Source: Octopus vulgaris (Eukaryota). From it: a stretch of DNA of 64,000 nt. Under the pieces are notes generated by a model that saw only the letters and a program-made list of their open reading frames with translations, ran no database searches and was not told the DNA's origin. The DNA is taken from the NCBI GenBank assembly GCA_951406725.2, contig OX597833.1, positions 32,364,001-32,428,000 of the forward strand. The letters run 5' to 3'. Position numbers and translations under genes: made by a program. Below are positions 1-14,229 of the stretch, one piece after another. Each line of letters opens with the position of its first letter. Positions within the stretch are counted from its first letter, which is position 1.

Positions 1-1156
1 TCCTGCTTAATACGCCGTCACCTGGTTAAACGCCTTTGGTTTGGGTATCTCTAGCAGAGTCCACTGCTGTGGATAGCTTGATATGTTGATATCGTTATAT
101 CTTCCCAACAAATGCGTGTCATGTTTTCTCCCGTTCTTTTTCAATGGAAACTCTGTAAAAGATCATAAGCTTGGCTATTCCTCTGATAATTGGAATCGTA
201 AAATAATATATATGAAAATAAAGTCTTCAGTGTAATCCTTGCAACTTAATATATTATGGGAATTACTCTCACCATCAGACTGTGAGCTGGTGGTAATTGC
301 AAGAGTTTTGACGGATGTAGAGCCTAGTCAAACGACAAGAGACACTTCATTTAAGGAAGAGGAAATTGGTGCACGAATACAGTTGACATATAGAGATTTC
401 GATAACTAGAAATAAGTTTTCTTTTTAAAACTAAAGACATACTATTACAATGATATAGATTTAAACATATCTACAATTACTTTTGAAAGAGAAGCTATAG
501 CTGGAGGATATCTGACTTGTTAGAAATTTTGTAATCGACTGCCGAGTCTGGCTGGTGACCAAAAGGTTACTATCTTCGTTCCAAGATATGCCACATTCGT
601 TAACAGGGCGCTAAAGTACTGCTTGTAGGTTTTTCAATATGAGCAAAGGAATTCAGTAGAGCGTGTCGACAAATCGGAAGTGTTGCAATGACTTACAACG
701 GTGAATGATATATTGTCTTTGGATACATTCTTGCAGCTACGTGGGCATAGTAAATGAGATCTAAGTGTGTTAGCTGTATGTACAACAGTGAATCTGAGAG
801 GGTACAAACATTCTATCTCTCAGATCAACATCCGATCCAACTTTGCAACACGTCGCTTCATGATTTCAAAAAACCAATATGATACCAGTATATCGTTCGG
901 ATTGACTGAAACTGGTAGTTAAGTAAATTGTTGAAGGATACTATATAGCACCAATAAAAGAACACAATGCCATGAAGCAACTTATTTATGCAGCCGTTGC
1001 AACAAAGTCTTCAGCAACGTAGACAGCCGTATTTTGACAGAAAGTGAGATAAAACAAAGCAAAATACATAGACAACATTGAATTGAAACTCTTGATCTAA
1101 TGTTATGAGAGCCCGATAGCATATCCGCTTGTGGCGATATGAAGACAAGTACTTAC

Positions 1157-1211
1157 CTGAAAGTATCCATTTTCCATTGTTATTACACACCATGGGACCA
1201 CCGCTGTCTCC
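1157..1211 (-). CDS. Serine protease exon with catalytic Ser (GDSGGPMVCNNNGKWILS-G); the gene continues beyond the left edge
   Basis: GDSGGP motif. Acceptor ttcag|, donor |gtaagt, 55 nt (phase 0 to phase 1). Confidence 0.95.
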
Positions 1212-3746
1212 CTGAAAGAGAACGATATATGCAGAAAACATTACAAATAGTAAGAACAGATAAAGACATACGAGGGGAAATGGGAATAAATGGAGAGGGA
1301 GCAGTTAAGAGGTAGATAAATCATCTTATGAAAATATAAGGTGAAGGTAGCATATAGGAGATAATAGAACCCTTTTATTATTTTATTCTTTTATTTGTTT
1401 CAGTCATTTGGCTGCAGCCATACTGGAGCACGGCCTTTAGTCGAGCAAATCGGTCCCATGACTTATTCTTTTTAACATATCAGTGGTAATACCATACAAC
1501 AGTAGAAGCAGAAACAGCTATTTGATGGAATGCAGTCTATTCGTTTTGAATTAATAAATAATAATTGATGTAAGTCAATTGTTGTTCATCGACATTTCTA
1601 CATTTTCTACCTTCTTTAAATTTTGATTCTTGATAAACTCATGTTTATCCTTGTCTTTACCTATAATTTATGAGCATAATATGTTCACATATGTATGCCC
1701 ATGGTTAAACTTAGCTAATATACATGTAGTGTAATGGATACTTCTATCCCCTAAACGGTTATTTTAAATTCTAACTCAGTTATCCTATATATATGTATTT
1801 ATGTATTTGTTTGTGTTTGTCTCCCCACCATCATTTGATAACTGATGTTGGTGTGTTTACGTCTCCGTAACTTAGCAGTTTGGCAAAAGCGATCGATAGA
1901 ATAAGTACTAGGCAACGTAGACAGCCGTATCTTGACAGAAAGTGAGATAAAACAAAGCAAAATACATAGACAACATTGAATTCAAACTCTTGATCTAATG
2001 TCATGAGAGCCCAATCGATAGAATAAGTACTTTGATCGACTAAAGGTGGTGCTCCAGCATGACCGCATTCAGTAAAAGAATAAAATAATGAAAGAATAGA
2101 TGAGAGCCATGTTGAAGTGGCGATACACATTACTTCTCAGTATTGTTACTACTATCATCTCTTTTAGAGATTTTCTAACTAGCTAATTTGCTTGTTGCAA
2201 GATCAGTGATTGTTTGTTACTTAGTTTCAATATACTGCGAGCTGGGGCAAACTACTTCTACCTCTAGCAGACGGCTATCCACCGCCAAGAATGAGCCCAA
2301 AGAGCTCGAAACCGTATGGTTTGGTGGTCCTGTCGCTGGAAGATGGTAGGCGTTATCTCCCCTACTTATATATCGGGTGCAAATATATATATATAATATC
2401 AATAAACAACAAATCTATTGGCATCCCCAGTACGAGTTTCCCTCCACCAAATTTCATTCTCCAGCTGTTGATCCTCCTGAGGTCATCACAGAAGATACTG
2501 GCACAAGATATGCAGTGGAATCGAATCTGAAAACTTATGGCTTCGAAATGAGTTTTCTAGCCACGCAACCATGCAAATTTATATCTCTCTTCTATCTCTC
2601 TTTTATCTCACCTGTCAAATTTCTATCTCTCTTTTTCCTTAATGTGAATTCATCTGTTATGTGTAAGTACACTTTCACTGGGGCTCCCTTGTGTTCTTCC
2701 GCAGATTACTTGACTGGACCAATTTCACCGCATTTTCCCTTTATTTTCCCTTCATATTTTAGTAAACTAGGCTCAATTATGCCAGAATCTTCGCACGCGA
2801 TTAATGGAAGCTGTGTATGAACACATGCGTGTGATTGTATGTGTGTATATTTATGTGCATGCGTGCGTGCATGTATGTCAAAATCTCACAAATACACAAA
2901 TACGAAAACAAATTCACACAGCTGCACTCATATACTTACATTTTAAAACGTGCAGAAAATTAAATTCGCAAAATGAGAGGAACTTCAATCGTTATATCAC
3001 ACATAGATACTTTAAACGCTACATTATCCAATATGAGTGTTTGCTTCACTGTCCTGTTTGTGTTACCAATTTTGACCTCCCGCATAATCACAAATTTTAT
3101 TAAATTTGCTTTGCAGGAGCTACTATTTTATCGAAAGCGTATATTGTTGTTAAATGCTCGAAATACAAGACTAGAAAAAACAACCAACAAATGATGAAAG
3201 GTCGTTCTTTATGTTGTTTATTTTGTTTTCCATTTGTGTCTTTCGTTGTTCGAAAGAAAAGATCATATTCCATGTACTCGTGCTTCGTACTTTTTTGTTG
3301 TACACGTTTCGTGACGTCCTGTGCCCACATATGCATATATATACGTATAGATGTAAGTATGTATATATGCATATATATTATTCATATTATATTATATTAT
3401 ATTATATTATATTATATTATATGTGTATATGTATATATATATATATATATTTTTTTTTTTTACAGAAGGCAGAACATGGAGAAATACCGATGAACAACAT
3501 TTGACTTTGGTCGACCCGAGTCTATAGCAGAAGACACTTGCCCAAGGTGCTATGCAAGCGGACTGAACCCGGAACCGTGTGGTTGGGAATGAAGCTTATT
3601 ACCACAGAGCCACTCCTGCGCCTATTATAGAGATTTTCTAACTAGCTAATTTTCGTGTTGCAAGATCAGTGAATGATTTAGTGCGCGTGGATTTGGTTAT
3701 TGCGATTTATGACATGAAGAAGTAAAATGAATTCCTTCGTACTCAC

Positions 3747-3895
3747 ATTACAGGCATCAAGTCCACCTTCAGGGTAACCGAGACAAACCATATTTTCCTC
3801 GTGATATCGATTTCCATAGTATTCAGGTGATCCACATAAAGAACCGTTGATGACAGGTAATGTTAGTTCATTCAGGGCAGTCCTTGATCCTTTAC
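3747..3895 (-). CDS. Serine protease exon (GKGSRTALNELTLPVINGSLCGSPEYYGNRYHEENMVCLGYPEGGLDACN)
   Basis: MVCLGY..GG.DAC motif with the Asp189 equivalent. Acceptor atcag|, donor |gtgagt, 149 nt (phase 1 to phase 0). Confidence 0.95.
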
Positions 3896-3982
3896 CTGAT
3901 GTGATAATAATAATAGTAACAACAACAACAACAATAATAATAATAGTCATGATGGGTATACTTGGCTTCAATAATAATAATG

Positions 3983-4048
<66 letters not shown>

Positions 4049-4075
4049 TTTATAATAATAATAATGATGATGATG

Positions 4076-4149
<74 letters not shown>

Positions 4150-4150
<1 letters not shown>

Positions 4151-4400
4151 GGTGCCCTTGGAGTGATAGCAAAAGGGGCTGATTCCTACCTAGCTCAGAT
4201 ACCAGAAAACTTCAAAATGCAGGAATTCAAAAGATAGTGCTCATGGGACTACCCATATTCTACGTAAAATACTGTCTAGGTTTCTTACGTTTTCTTAAAC
4301 ATTCTCTAGAACAATATTATGTGCAAAACCAAAATATATGACACTCTAGGCATAACACCAGCTTGAACTTCTAACTTGTGTCTTGCAGTTTAAGCAAAAT
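4150..4400 (+). mobile_element. 5'-truncated R4/Dong 3' fragment in (AAT)n
   Basis: Encodes IGALGVIAKGADSYLAQIP and has a 3' UTR similar to 9490-9830. (AAT)n on both sides. Confidence 0.85.
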
Positions 4401-4430
4401 AACAGTAATAATAATAATAATAATAATAAC

Positions 4431-4507
<77 letters not shown>

Positions 4508-4847
4508 GTAGTGGGGGAGCATCATAGCCATGTGTTGAGAGGGATTCTTTGGGGTTTGAATAGTTCACCTCTGGAAACATGGGTGGTTCTTTCAACATCC
4601 TTAAACAACCCTTATTCAGGGACCGTTTGAGCGGGATGGGCTACTCAACCTGAAGAAAATTCTAACTGGGCCCCACCTGCAAGGTCATGTGCTGTTTATC
4701 TTGATATGAGATCACCATGTGGCGCACATATGGTTGTGATGCATGTGCCTGGTGTACCTTTATCAGACGGGTAGTCATGATGGGTATATTGGGCTTCGTA
4801 TATTTTACCCCAGTGTCACTTTGATGGCATGAACTGCTCTCTCACTC
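4508..4847 (+). mobile_element. Unclassified non-coding (AAT)n-associated repeat, copy 1 of 5
   Basis: Similar sequence at 10664-11139, 11200-11667, 12051-12413 and 23687-24217. Common 3' end ...gctctctcactc(aat)n. Confidence 0.8.
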
Positions 4848-4896
<49 letters not shown>

Positions 4897-5779
4897 TTAA
4901 TAATAATAATAAGAAGAAGAAGGCGGCTGGATGTGACAGAGGATGGACGTATTTTTACGATACTCTGAACTGGCAACAGCGAACCCAGCAGGACAACTGA
5001 AAAAAACAACTGTAGAAAACTGGAAGATCTACTGCTTTCTGTGAGTAATTTGAATTTCCCTCAAAATAAGTTAAAAAAAACTTACATATCTACAGCTCAT
5101 ACAAACGTACACCTAACAAGAAAAATTAGAAACATAAATATCTCCAATTCTGTGTGAACATTTACATTTAGTCGTCTCTCATGACTATAAGAATGTGTAA
5201 AATTGCCTTTTAAATTACCTTTTATTGTAACAACACAATTAAATGCACGATAAATTGTTATGGAATTAAGCACCTACTAATATATACATACAACTGAATT
5301 CAGAAATTTAAAAAATATATACATAACATTGAACTCAGAAAGTTTTTTTTTTTTTTAAATCATCGACGTAAACATCAGATAATATGTGTGAGTGGGTATA
5401 CATATACATATACATATGTATGTGGAGAGAAAGAAAAGAGAAAGGAAAGGAAAAAAAAGATAAATGTAAACAGGTTTGACCTTTTACTGACCATTAACGT
5501 CCTTTGTCTCCACCATCTGCCGAATCTATTTATAGACCCAAAGAACATGAATTCTTTAACCAACCATTCTCCCACACAATGCAGTGTTGATGGTGACTGT
5601 GGCTACGCATAAAACAATGTCATTGATGATGATGATGGTGATGGTGAGGTTGCTGATGATGGTGATGGTTTTGAAGGTGATAGTAATAACAATAATAACT
5701 GACAGATCCCGTCTTTTTCCCTTTCTTTTTGTTTCCTTCTCCGTATTTTATTCTCATTATTTCGAACTAATACAGGCAG

Positions 5780-8700
5780 AGTGAGCCTTGAAGAAAGGAA
5801 GAGGAGGAACAAAAAAAAAAAATGTCCGGAGATAAAACTATCAACAAAAAAAAAAATACAGACGAATATAGATCTGCTAGTCTTAAGAAGCTGCGCTATG
5901 AGCAATGCTTACATGTAGAGAACCCTAAACTGACAGATCCATCTCCTAATATAAGAATGGATACTCGTCATGCTTCAAGGTCAACAAATCAAACAATAAA
6001 CCGCATTGGTCGTTGCGCGGATTACAAAAGACCACGTACCCGAAAATTGAACCAAATTCTGATTGAAAAATCAGCTACTGGATCAAATCCTCCCAACACA
6101 CAGGAGCTGGACGTACCCCACAACCGAAATATTCCAACAGATGGCCATCCATGCTCATCACCAAATAATCAAAAGAAAAAGAAGGAGAAATGGTCTAGGG
6201 AAGATAATAAAGAAGTTCTTGAGGCCTTCTACCATGCCATATATTTCCCCACAGATAAATCTAGCACTGTACAAGCATACTTAAACTGGAGACAGAAACA
6301 CCCTGAAGTAAGACCCTACATAGACAGTAACAAACTTGCCAACGTCAGAAGAAACAGTATAAAAAAAAATTACTGACTGAAGTAGAGATTGATCAGGTTA
6401 GACAAGCAATATCGGATAAAATGAACGAAGCTGCAGCTAGAGAAGATAATACAGAGGAAATAATTGTAGACCAGCCCAGGGCTGATAAAAACGAAGTGAG
6501 GATTGAAGAGTAAGTATAAGTGATAGGCAAAGTGAAATACTCCCTGAACCAATCATAAACACTAAGACAGATGAGCATCAAATAGATAAAGAAAGTCACA
6601 CAAATATTGACCCAACAGAACTACATGAGCTAAAAAATCAAATCATGATTGAATGACTGAAAATTAAAGAAACCAGCATGGATGAACGTGATACACTTCC
6701 TAAAATCCGCAACTCTAACCAAAACATGAAAATAATTGGTAAAATCCGGCTTGCACTTAAGGATATAATTTCAGCTAATGATGTTGATATCACAAACCTC
6801 AACCACCTATACTATGCATCCGCGAAAATCTCAACGATCCTATGTGGTGTAAAGATTAGAAAACGGCAACATTCCCACAAAAAGCCTTCTTGGCAAGAGC
6901 GTCTGCAACAACAAATTAAGATATTTAGATCTGACATTGAATATTTGAAAAGCCTTAAGGCTCACAAGACTACCAAACCTACAAAAAACCCAAAAATTAC
7001 TGAAAAAATACAATATGAAAACTATACTTGATATTGATGCCACCATAGAAACCATCAAAGAAAAGGTATCTGCCAAAGCTGCCCGCATAGCGAGGTATGA
7101 AAAGCGTGTTAGATTTTTCAAGGACAACAACATGTTCAAAAATAGCACCAAGAATTTTTACAGGAAGATAGGAAAAACAGCGTTTACTGCAAGGTCTGTA
7201 CCATCAAAAGAAGAAGTGCAGGGATTTTGGAATAAAATCTGGGCAGAAGAAAAAACACACAACGAAAAGGCCCCCTGGATTGACAGAATATCTACAGAAC
7301 TGGACTCCTTAGAAGAGCAAAAGTGGGAGGGTGTCAAGGTAGAAGATATAAGATCTGCTCTCAGGAGGTCAAGCAAATGGAAGTCTCCAGGAAAGGATAA
7401 AATTCCTAACTTCTGGCTGAATGCCTTCCCAGAGAGCCATGAACTGCTACTGTACAATGATGTTTTGCAACACCCTAGTATGATGCCTCCTTGGCTAGTT
7501 AATGGGTTAACATTCCTGCTTCCAAAAAGTGAAGAAACAAATGAACCAAAAAACTATAGACCCATAACCTGCTTAACAAAACACTAACATCTGTCCTGAC
7601 GGAATATACCTATAGTTTTTTAACAGACAGCAGCATATTCCCTAATGAACAGAAAGGATGTAAACGTGGATCCTACGGCTGTAAAGACCAACTACTCATC
7701 AATAAGATGATCTTAAAAGATTGTCACAAACGACACAAAAACTTATCAATAGCCTGGATAGACTATAAAAAGGCTTTTGATAGCCTACCACATAGCTGGA
7801 TTAGGAAATGCCTGGAAATGTATAAGATAGCACCTACTCTGCGAAACTTCTTGACTGTAAGTATGAGATCATGGAGAATCACACTAACTCTGAACAGTGA
7901 CAATGAATCTCTAAATGCTGGTGATGTAAAAATTTCGTGTGGCATTTTCCAGGGTGACTCACTGTCACCACTCCTCTTTTGTTTATCCTTAATACCTCTC
8001 TCAAAGCTGCTCAATGACGCGCAGTACGGGTATAAAATGTTTGATAAAAATATAAATCATCTCATTTATATGGATGATTTAAAGCTTTTTGCAAAAAATG
8101 ACCAACAACTCAAGGGCTTACTAGCGATAGTCAAACAATTCAGTGACGACATCAGAATGCAATTCGGCCTCGATAAATGTGCAAAAGCTACCTTTATCAA
8201 AGGGAAAATGACAGAAACATCTAACGTTAACCTTGACCAGCAGAATGTCATAAAAGAACTAGACCCAGCGGAGAGCTACAAGTGCCTAGGGGTAATTGAA
8301 GGGAACGGAATAAGGCATTCAGAGATGAAGGAAAGGATCAGGAGAGAATGCTATCGAAGAGTGAGAGCAATACTCAAGACAGAGCTGAATGCAAGTAACA
8401 GGATCGAAGCGATCAATGCATTAGCCATACCAGTCGTGACTTACAGTTTCAACATTGTTAACTGGTCAATTACTGAAATATGTCAGCTCGACAGAAAAAT
8501 AAGGAAACTGTTGACAATGCATAGAATGCACCACCCTAAGGCAGATAGAGAACGACTCTATCTGCCAAGAAAAGAGGGAGGCCGTGGACTTTTGCAACTG
8601 GCAATAACAATGAAGATTGCTACAATTGGCCTAGACACCTACCTGAAAAACTCTGAGGACTGGATGTTAAAACTTGTCTCAAAACATGAAAACAAGAAAG

Positions 8701-9832
8701 CATCATACTCAGTCACAAAACAGGCAAAGGAATATCTAAGTGAATTCCGAATACAACCAATTTCGGAACTAGAGATAGACATACAAGAAACAAGCACAGA
8801 AAAAGCTAGGCGCATGAAAACCCGTGCCAAAACTGCGGCCTTAGATATTCTGAATAATAAATGGCAAGAAAAACCTCTCTATGGCAAATACCCAAAGAGA
8901 GTGAATAATGCAGATATCGACAAAGCCCTGACCCATCAATGGCTAATGGCCTCTGGCTTAAAATCTGAAACAGAGGGGTTTATCACAGCAGCTCAAGATC
9001 AATGCCTACCAGAAGAAACTACCAAGCCAACATATTAAAGAACGGCAGTAGCCCAACATGTCGTGTATGCCGACAACAAAATGAAACCATTGATCATGTT
9101 GTCTCTAAATGCAGTCTTCTAGCGCATACAGAGTACCTCAGTAGGCATGATAGAGCTGCACAATATATTCACAGGGTAATTTGCAAAAACCTGGATTTGC
9201 CCCATGAAAAAACTGGTGGGAACACAATCCACCTCCAGTGCTTGAAAATGACCACATCTCACTCCTCTGGAACTTCACCATTCAAACTGACAGGAAGATA
9301 GATGCAAATAGGCCAGACATCATATTGAAAGACTTCAGACAAAGAACATGCCTCCTCATTGATATGACTGTCCCAATCGATATAAACGTATCTGTCAAGA
9401 CCTACCAAAAACTGAGCAAATATAAAGATCTTGAAATAGAAATCAGCAAAATGTGGAACCTGAAGACTAAAACAATACCTGTTGTCATAGGTGCCCTGGG
9501 AATGATAGCGAAAGGGACTGATTGCTACCTAACTCAGATACCAGGAAACCCCAAAATGGCAGAAATTCAAAAGATAGTGCTCATGGGAACTGCTCATATC
9601 CAACGTAAAATACTCTCTATGTAATCCCAAGGTTTAAAACAAACCTTTTTTTTATGTATTAGACATTCACTAGTACAACACCAAAAAAAAAACCGAGAAA
9701 GAAAAAGGGAAAAGGAAAAGGGGACCCCCCCCCCAAATATATGGCACAGAACTTCCAACCTGTTGTCTCTTGAGGTCTCTGGGAGAGACTTGGAGCCAAC
9801 TTGTACAGACATAAAGCAAAAGTCAAACATAG
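5780..9832 (+). mobile_element. Near full-length R4/Dong-clade non-LTR retrotransposon (RT + CCHC + restriction-like endonuclease), frameshifted
   Basis: ORF pieces 5822-9624 contain KWSREDN, SPGKDKI.NFWL, YRPITCL, WIDYKKAFDS, IFQGDSLSPLLF, YMDDLKL, CRVC..ETIDHVVSKC, RHD and RPDII..LIDM..P.D..K..KY. The 3' end abuts (AAT)n. The 5' boundary is uncertain. Confidence 0.92.
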
Positions 9833-9844
9833 AATAATAATAAT

Positions 9845-9996
<152 letters not shown>

Positions 9997-10050
9997 CATA
10001 ATAATAATAATAATATTATTATTATTAATAATAATAATAATAATAATAAT

Positions 10051-10624
10051 ACACCATTCAAACTGACAGAAAGATAGATGCAAATAGGCCAGATATCATA
10101 TTGAAAGACTTCAAACAAAGAACATGCCTCCTCATTGATATGACTGTCCCAATCGATATAAACGTATCTGTCAAGACCTACCAAAAGCTGAGCAAATATA
10201 AAGATCTTGAAATAGAAATCAGCAAAATGTGGAACCTGAAGACTAAAACAATACCTGTTGTCATAGGTGCCCTGGGAATGATAGCAAAAGGGGCAGATAG
10301 CTACCTAACTCAGATACCAGGAAACCCCAAAATGGCAGAAATTCAAAAGATAGTGCTCATGGGAACTGCTCATATCCTACGCAAAATACTTTCTATGTAA
10401 TCTCAAGGTTTAAAACAAACATACTTTTCGGTTTTTAAAAAAAATTAAAAAAAAAAAAATTTTTTTTTTTTTAGACATTCATTAGTACAACATCAAACCC
10501 TTCCCCCCAATATATGGCACACTAGGCATAACAACAACACGAACTTCCAACCTGTTGTCTCTTGAGGTCTCTGGGTGAGACTTGGAGCCAACTTGTACAA
10601 ATATAAAGCAAAAGTCAAACATAG
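10051..10624 (+). mobile_element. 5'-truncated R4/Dong copy (RLE domain + 3' UTR)
   Basis: Near-identical to 9277-9832. Flanked by (AAT)n. Confidence 0.9.
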
Positions 10625-10663
10625 AATAATAATAACAATAATAATGATAATAATAATAATAAT

Positions 10664-11139
10664 AGTCTTGGTATAAAAGATGGGCTACAGCAAATATTCT
10701 GCTCAATACCACAGATTTGCTTGTCAGTTGTTTGACCTTAACCAGTTGAGCAGGTCCCTTAGTGGCTGACGATATGTGCATCTCTGATCATGAGCAGAAA
10801 TAGTGGGGGAGCATCATAGCCATGTGTTGAGAGGGATTCTTTGGGGTTTGAATAATCCACCTCTGGAAACATGGGTGGTTTTTTTAACATCCTTAAACAA
10901 CCCTTATTCAGGAACCGTTTGAGCGGGATGGGCTACTCAACCTGAAGGAAATTCTAACTGGGCCCCACCTGCAAGGTCATGTGCTGTTTATCTTGATATG
11001 AGATCACCATGTGGCGCACATATGGTTGTGATGCATGTGCCTGGTGTACCCTTATCAGACGGGTAGTCATGATGGGTATATTGGGCTTCGTATATTTTAC
11101 CCCAGTGTCACTTTGATGGCATGAACTGCTCTCTCACTC

Positions 11140-11198
<59 letters not shown>

Positions 11199-11667
11199 TA
11201 CAGGCAGTGGCTCTCATGTACATGTGTTATCTTGGTATAAAGATGGGCTACATCAAATATTTTGCTCAATACCACAGATTTGCATGTCAGCCGAGCATGT
11301 CTCTTAGTGGTTGAAGATATGAGCACCGCTGATCACGGGTAGAAGTAGTAGGGGAGCATCATAGCTATCTGTTGAGAGGAATTCTTTGGCCTTCGAATGA
11401 TTCACTTGTGGAAACATAGGTTTCATTCATCATCCTTAAAAAAACCTTATTCAGGGACCTTTTGAAGAAAATTCTGACTGGGCCCCACCTGCAAGGTCAC
11501 GCGCTGTTTATCTTGTTATAAGATCACTATGTCGCACACAAATGGTTGTGATGCACATGCCTGGCGTAATCTTTTCAGACGGGTAATCATGATGGGTATA
11601 CTAGGATTCGTATATTTATACCCCATACCCCAGTATCACTTTGATGACATGCGCTGCTCTCTCACTC
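10664..11667 (+). mobile_element. Two tandem copies of the unclassified (AAT)n-associated repeat
   Basis: 10664-11139 and ~11200-11667, separated by (AAT)n. Confidence 0.8.
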
Positions 11668-11739
<72 letters not shown>

Positions 11740-12005
11740 TCATTCTTTTATTGACCATGAGAGCTAATGTAAAGATACATAAAATTACATGACACATAAA
11801 CGAAAACACAAGACGATACAATGGGTTTTCAAATCGAGTAAATGTTATAAAGAACAAAAACTCAGGGGAGGCGCTTTAACATCCTCGTGGAAATGCCCAC
11901 AAAAGCCACGGGTGTCTGATCAGCAGGGCAAGAGCCCTTCTCCTTTAATTTTTTACAGGTGTATGCTCAGAACTGGTCCTTTCACATTGGCCATTCTTCC
12001 AGCAA
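11740..12005 (-). mobile_element. L1/Tx1-like 3' end fragment
   Basis: Similar to 27585-27860 (ttattggccacaaggg...agggcaagagcccttctcc). Confidence 0.65.
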
Positions 12006-12050
12006 GTCAACTTGTACAAACACAAAGCAAAAGTCAAACATATAATAATA

Positions 12051-12413
12051 TGCCTTGATGCAGTACCAAGCCGTGGCTCTCATGGTTTCTGATCTCAACT
12101 GATTGAAAGTGTTATCATGTACATTGTTTTGTCTTGGTATAAAATATGGGCTACAGCAAATATTCTGCTCAACACAACAGATTTGCTTGTCAGTTGTTTG
12201 ACCTTAACCAGTTGAGCATGTTCCTTAGTGGCTGACGATGTGTGCATCTCTGATCACAAACAGAAGTGGGGGAGCAAGATAGCTATGTGTTGGGGTTTGA
12301 ATAATTCACCTCTGGAAATATGGGTGTTTCGTTCAACATCCTTAAACAACCTTATTCGGGGACCTTTTGAGCTGGATGGGCTACTCGACCTGATAAAAAT
12401 TCTAACTGGGCCC
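12051..12413 (+). mobile_element. Unclassified (AAT)n-associated repeat, copy with the longest 5' end (3' part replaced by a SINE)
   Basis: Aligns by eye to 23687-24050. Confidence 0.75.
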
Positions 12414-12555
12414 CAGCAAAGGCAAAGTCGACCTCGACTTTGAACTCAGAACGCAGCGGCAGACGAATTTCCGTTAAGCATTTCGCCCGGCATGTTAACC
12501 ATTCTGCCAGTTCGCCGCCTTAATCATAATGATAGTAATAATGATGATGATGATG

Positions 12556-12626
<71 letters not shown>

Positions 12627-12749
12627 ACTACTACTACTAATAATAATAATAATAATAATAATCATCTTTTCAGTCACACGAGTCAAACACAAAACAAGAA
12701 AGGACAATACGAAACAAGGCCATGAGTGGGGCTTGGCACGAAATTACGT

Positions 12750-13830
12750 GTAAACAATAAAAACAATAATAATTAACAACAATAACTAAACACTGAAATT
12801 TCCTAAAGGGGGAAGCTCCACCCAGGATCAACCAAGAATCCTTACACATCTTCGTCACCCCGACTGTCAAGGACACCTTAGGCGGACCCCTCTCTCCTCA
12901 ACCTCTCCAGCATACAAGCATATGTGCAGGGAGGCCCATTCACACGGGCCATCCTTGCTGCATTCACCCACTCCCCCAAAATACTGATGGGTGAAAATAC
13001 TGATTCACGGGGGAATGAAGAACTTTCCTCTCCACCTGCACTCATCCCTTGTGTTGTAATGTCCTAGACAGGGACAATATAATTCAATGGACAAGTGGTG
13101 TTTGAAACAACGTCGAGTATACAATAAGTAATAATAACGGTTAACAGTACAATTAAACAATAAGAAATCCCCACAATGGAGGACTTCCTCACAGGGACAA
13201 CCAAGGAACCCCCCACATACTGGTTACTCCGACTACCGGGTGCACCTCAGCAGGGACCCCTCTCCTCAACTCTTCCGGTTTACAAACAAATTTTCAGAGT
13301 AGGTCCATTCACGCGAGTCATCTTCGCCACATTCGCCCCACCTTTCAATGAAAATACTAGAGAGAAGTACTTCCCTTTTCACCCTCACTTCCCTTTTCAA
13401 GTGGAACTTGAAAAGTCTATGAGAGCTTGATCGAAGAGGAAAGTATCTGTTTTCAATTCTTTCAAATTCTTCCACCATACTATCTCTTTCGCCATTACCT
13501 GCAGACAGAGGAAAACAGTCGAACCTAACCGGCTAAATCAAGGCGGTGGGGCGATCTTCATGATAAACTCGGCTAATAACTGGGTCCGTCCTACGTGCGT
13601 CAACAGCTGTTCGACAAAGCTTGATAAGTCAGCAACGCACGGACACTGGTTGAATTCATGCAAAACGGTTTCATCGCGCTTCTCAGACAGGTCCGTTCTA
13701 ACAGCATTTCCGTGCCTGTAGAGTTTCTCTCGGAACCGCGGAGCTTCCCGGCAACACTGCCAATCCAAGGATTTCTGGAAATTATGCATAGGAATGTTTG
13801 ACGGCCAGAGCTTCATCCCTGAAGGCAACT
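12750..13830 (-). mobile_element. Stacked L1/Tx1-like 3' fragments (ORF2 C-terminal zinc-finger region)
   Basis: FQKSLDWQCCREA..REKLYRHG...ETVLH..QCP, homologous to 28027-28404. Confidence 0.75.
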
Positions 13831-14229
13831 GAAATATCTACAAATTGCTTCGCGTGGGAAGCCTCTCAACGCCTCAAATTTCTGCAGTAGTAGCTTAAGA
13901 GCTAGCGCATACAGAGACGAAAGGGGACCCTATGACAAGCGAATATTCAGAGTAGGCCCTCACACATACACACACACACACATTCTTTGCTTTGTCCTGT
14001 ACTGTCCAAAATGTTTTTTTCTTAATGTAAACCCTTACGGTTAATAAAGTAATCACTATTCGTTTATTGGCCACAAGGGCTTACATAAAATTACAATAAA
14101 ACACATACAACATAAAAGACAAAAACAAGACGATACACAAGTCTATATTTAAGAGATGAGGAATTATGTACATTATTTACATTTGGCGGATATTTGTCAT
14201 TATCTTATTTGTGGTGTGTGTGTTGTCTA

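Noticed and set aside
1-152. Candidate last protease exon after a tttacag acceptor on the minus strand
   Set aside because: The phase-1 translation (EFPLKKNGRK...) lacks the expected SWG..C...PGVY motif, so the true exon is probably beyond the window edge.
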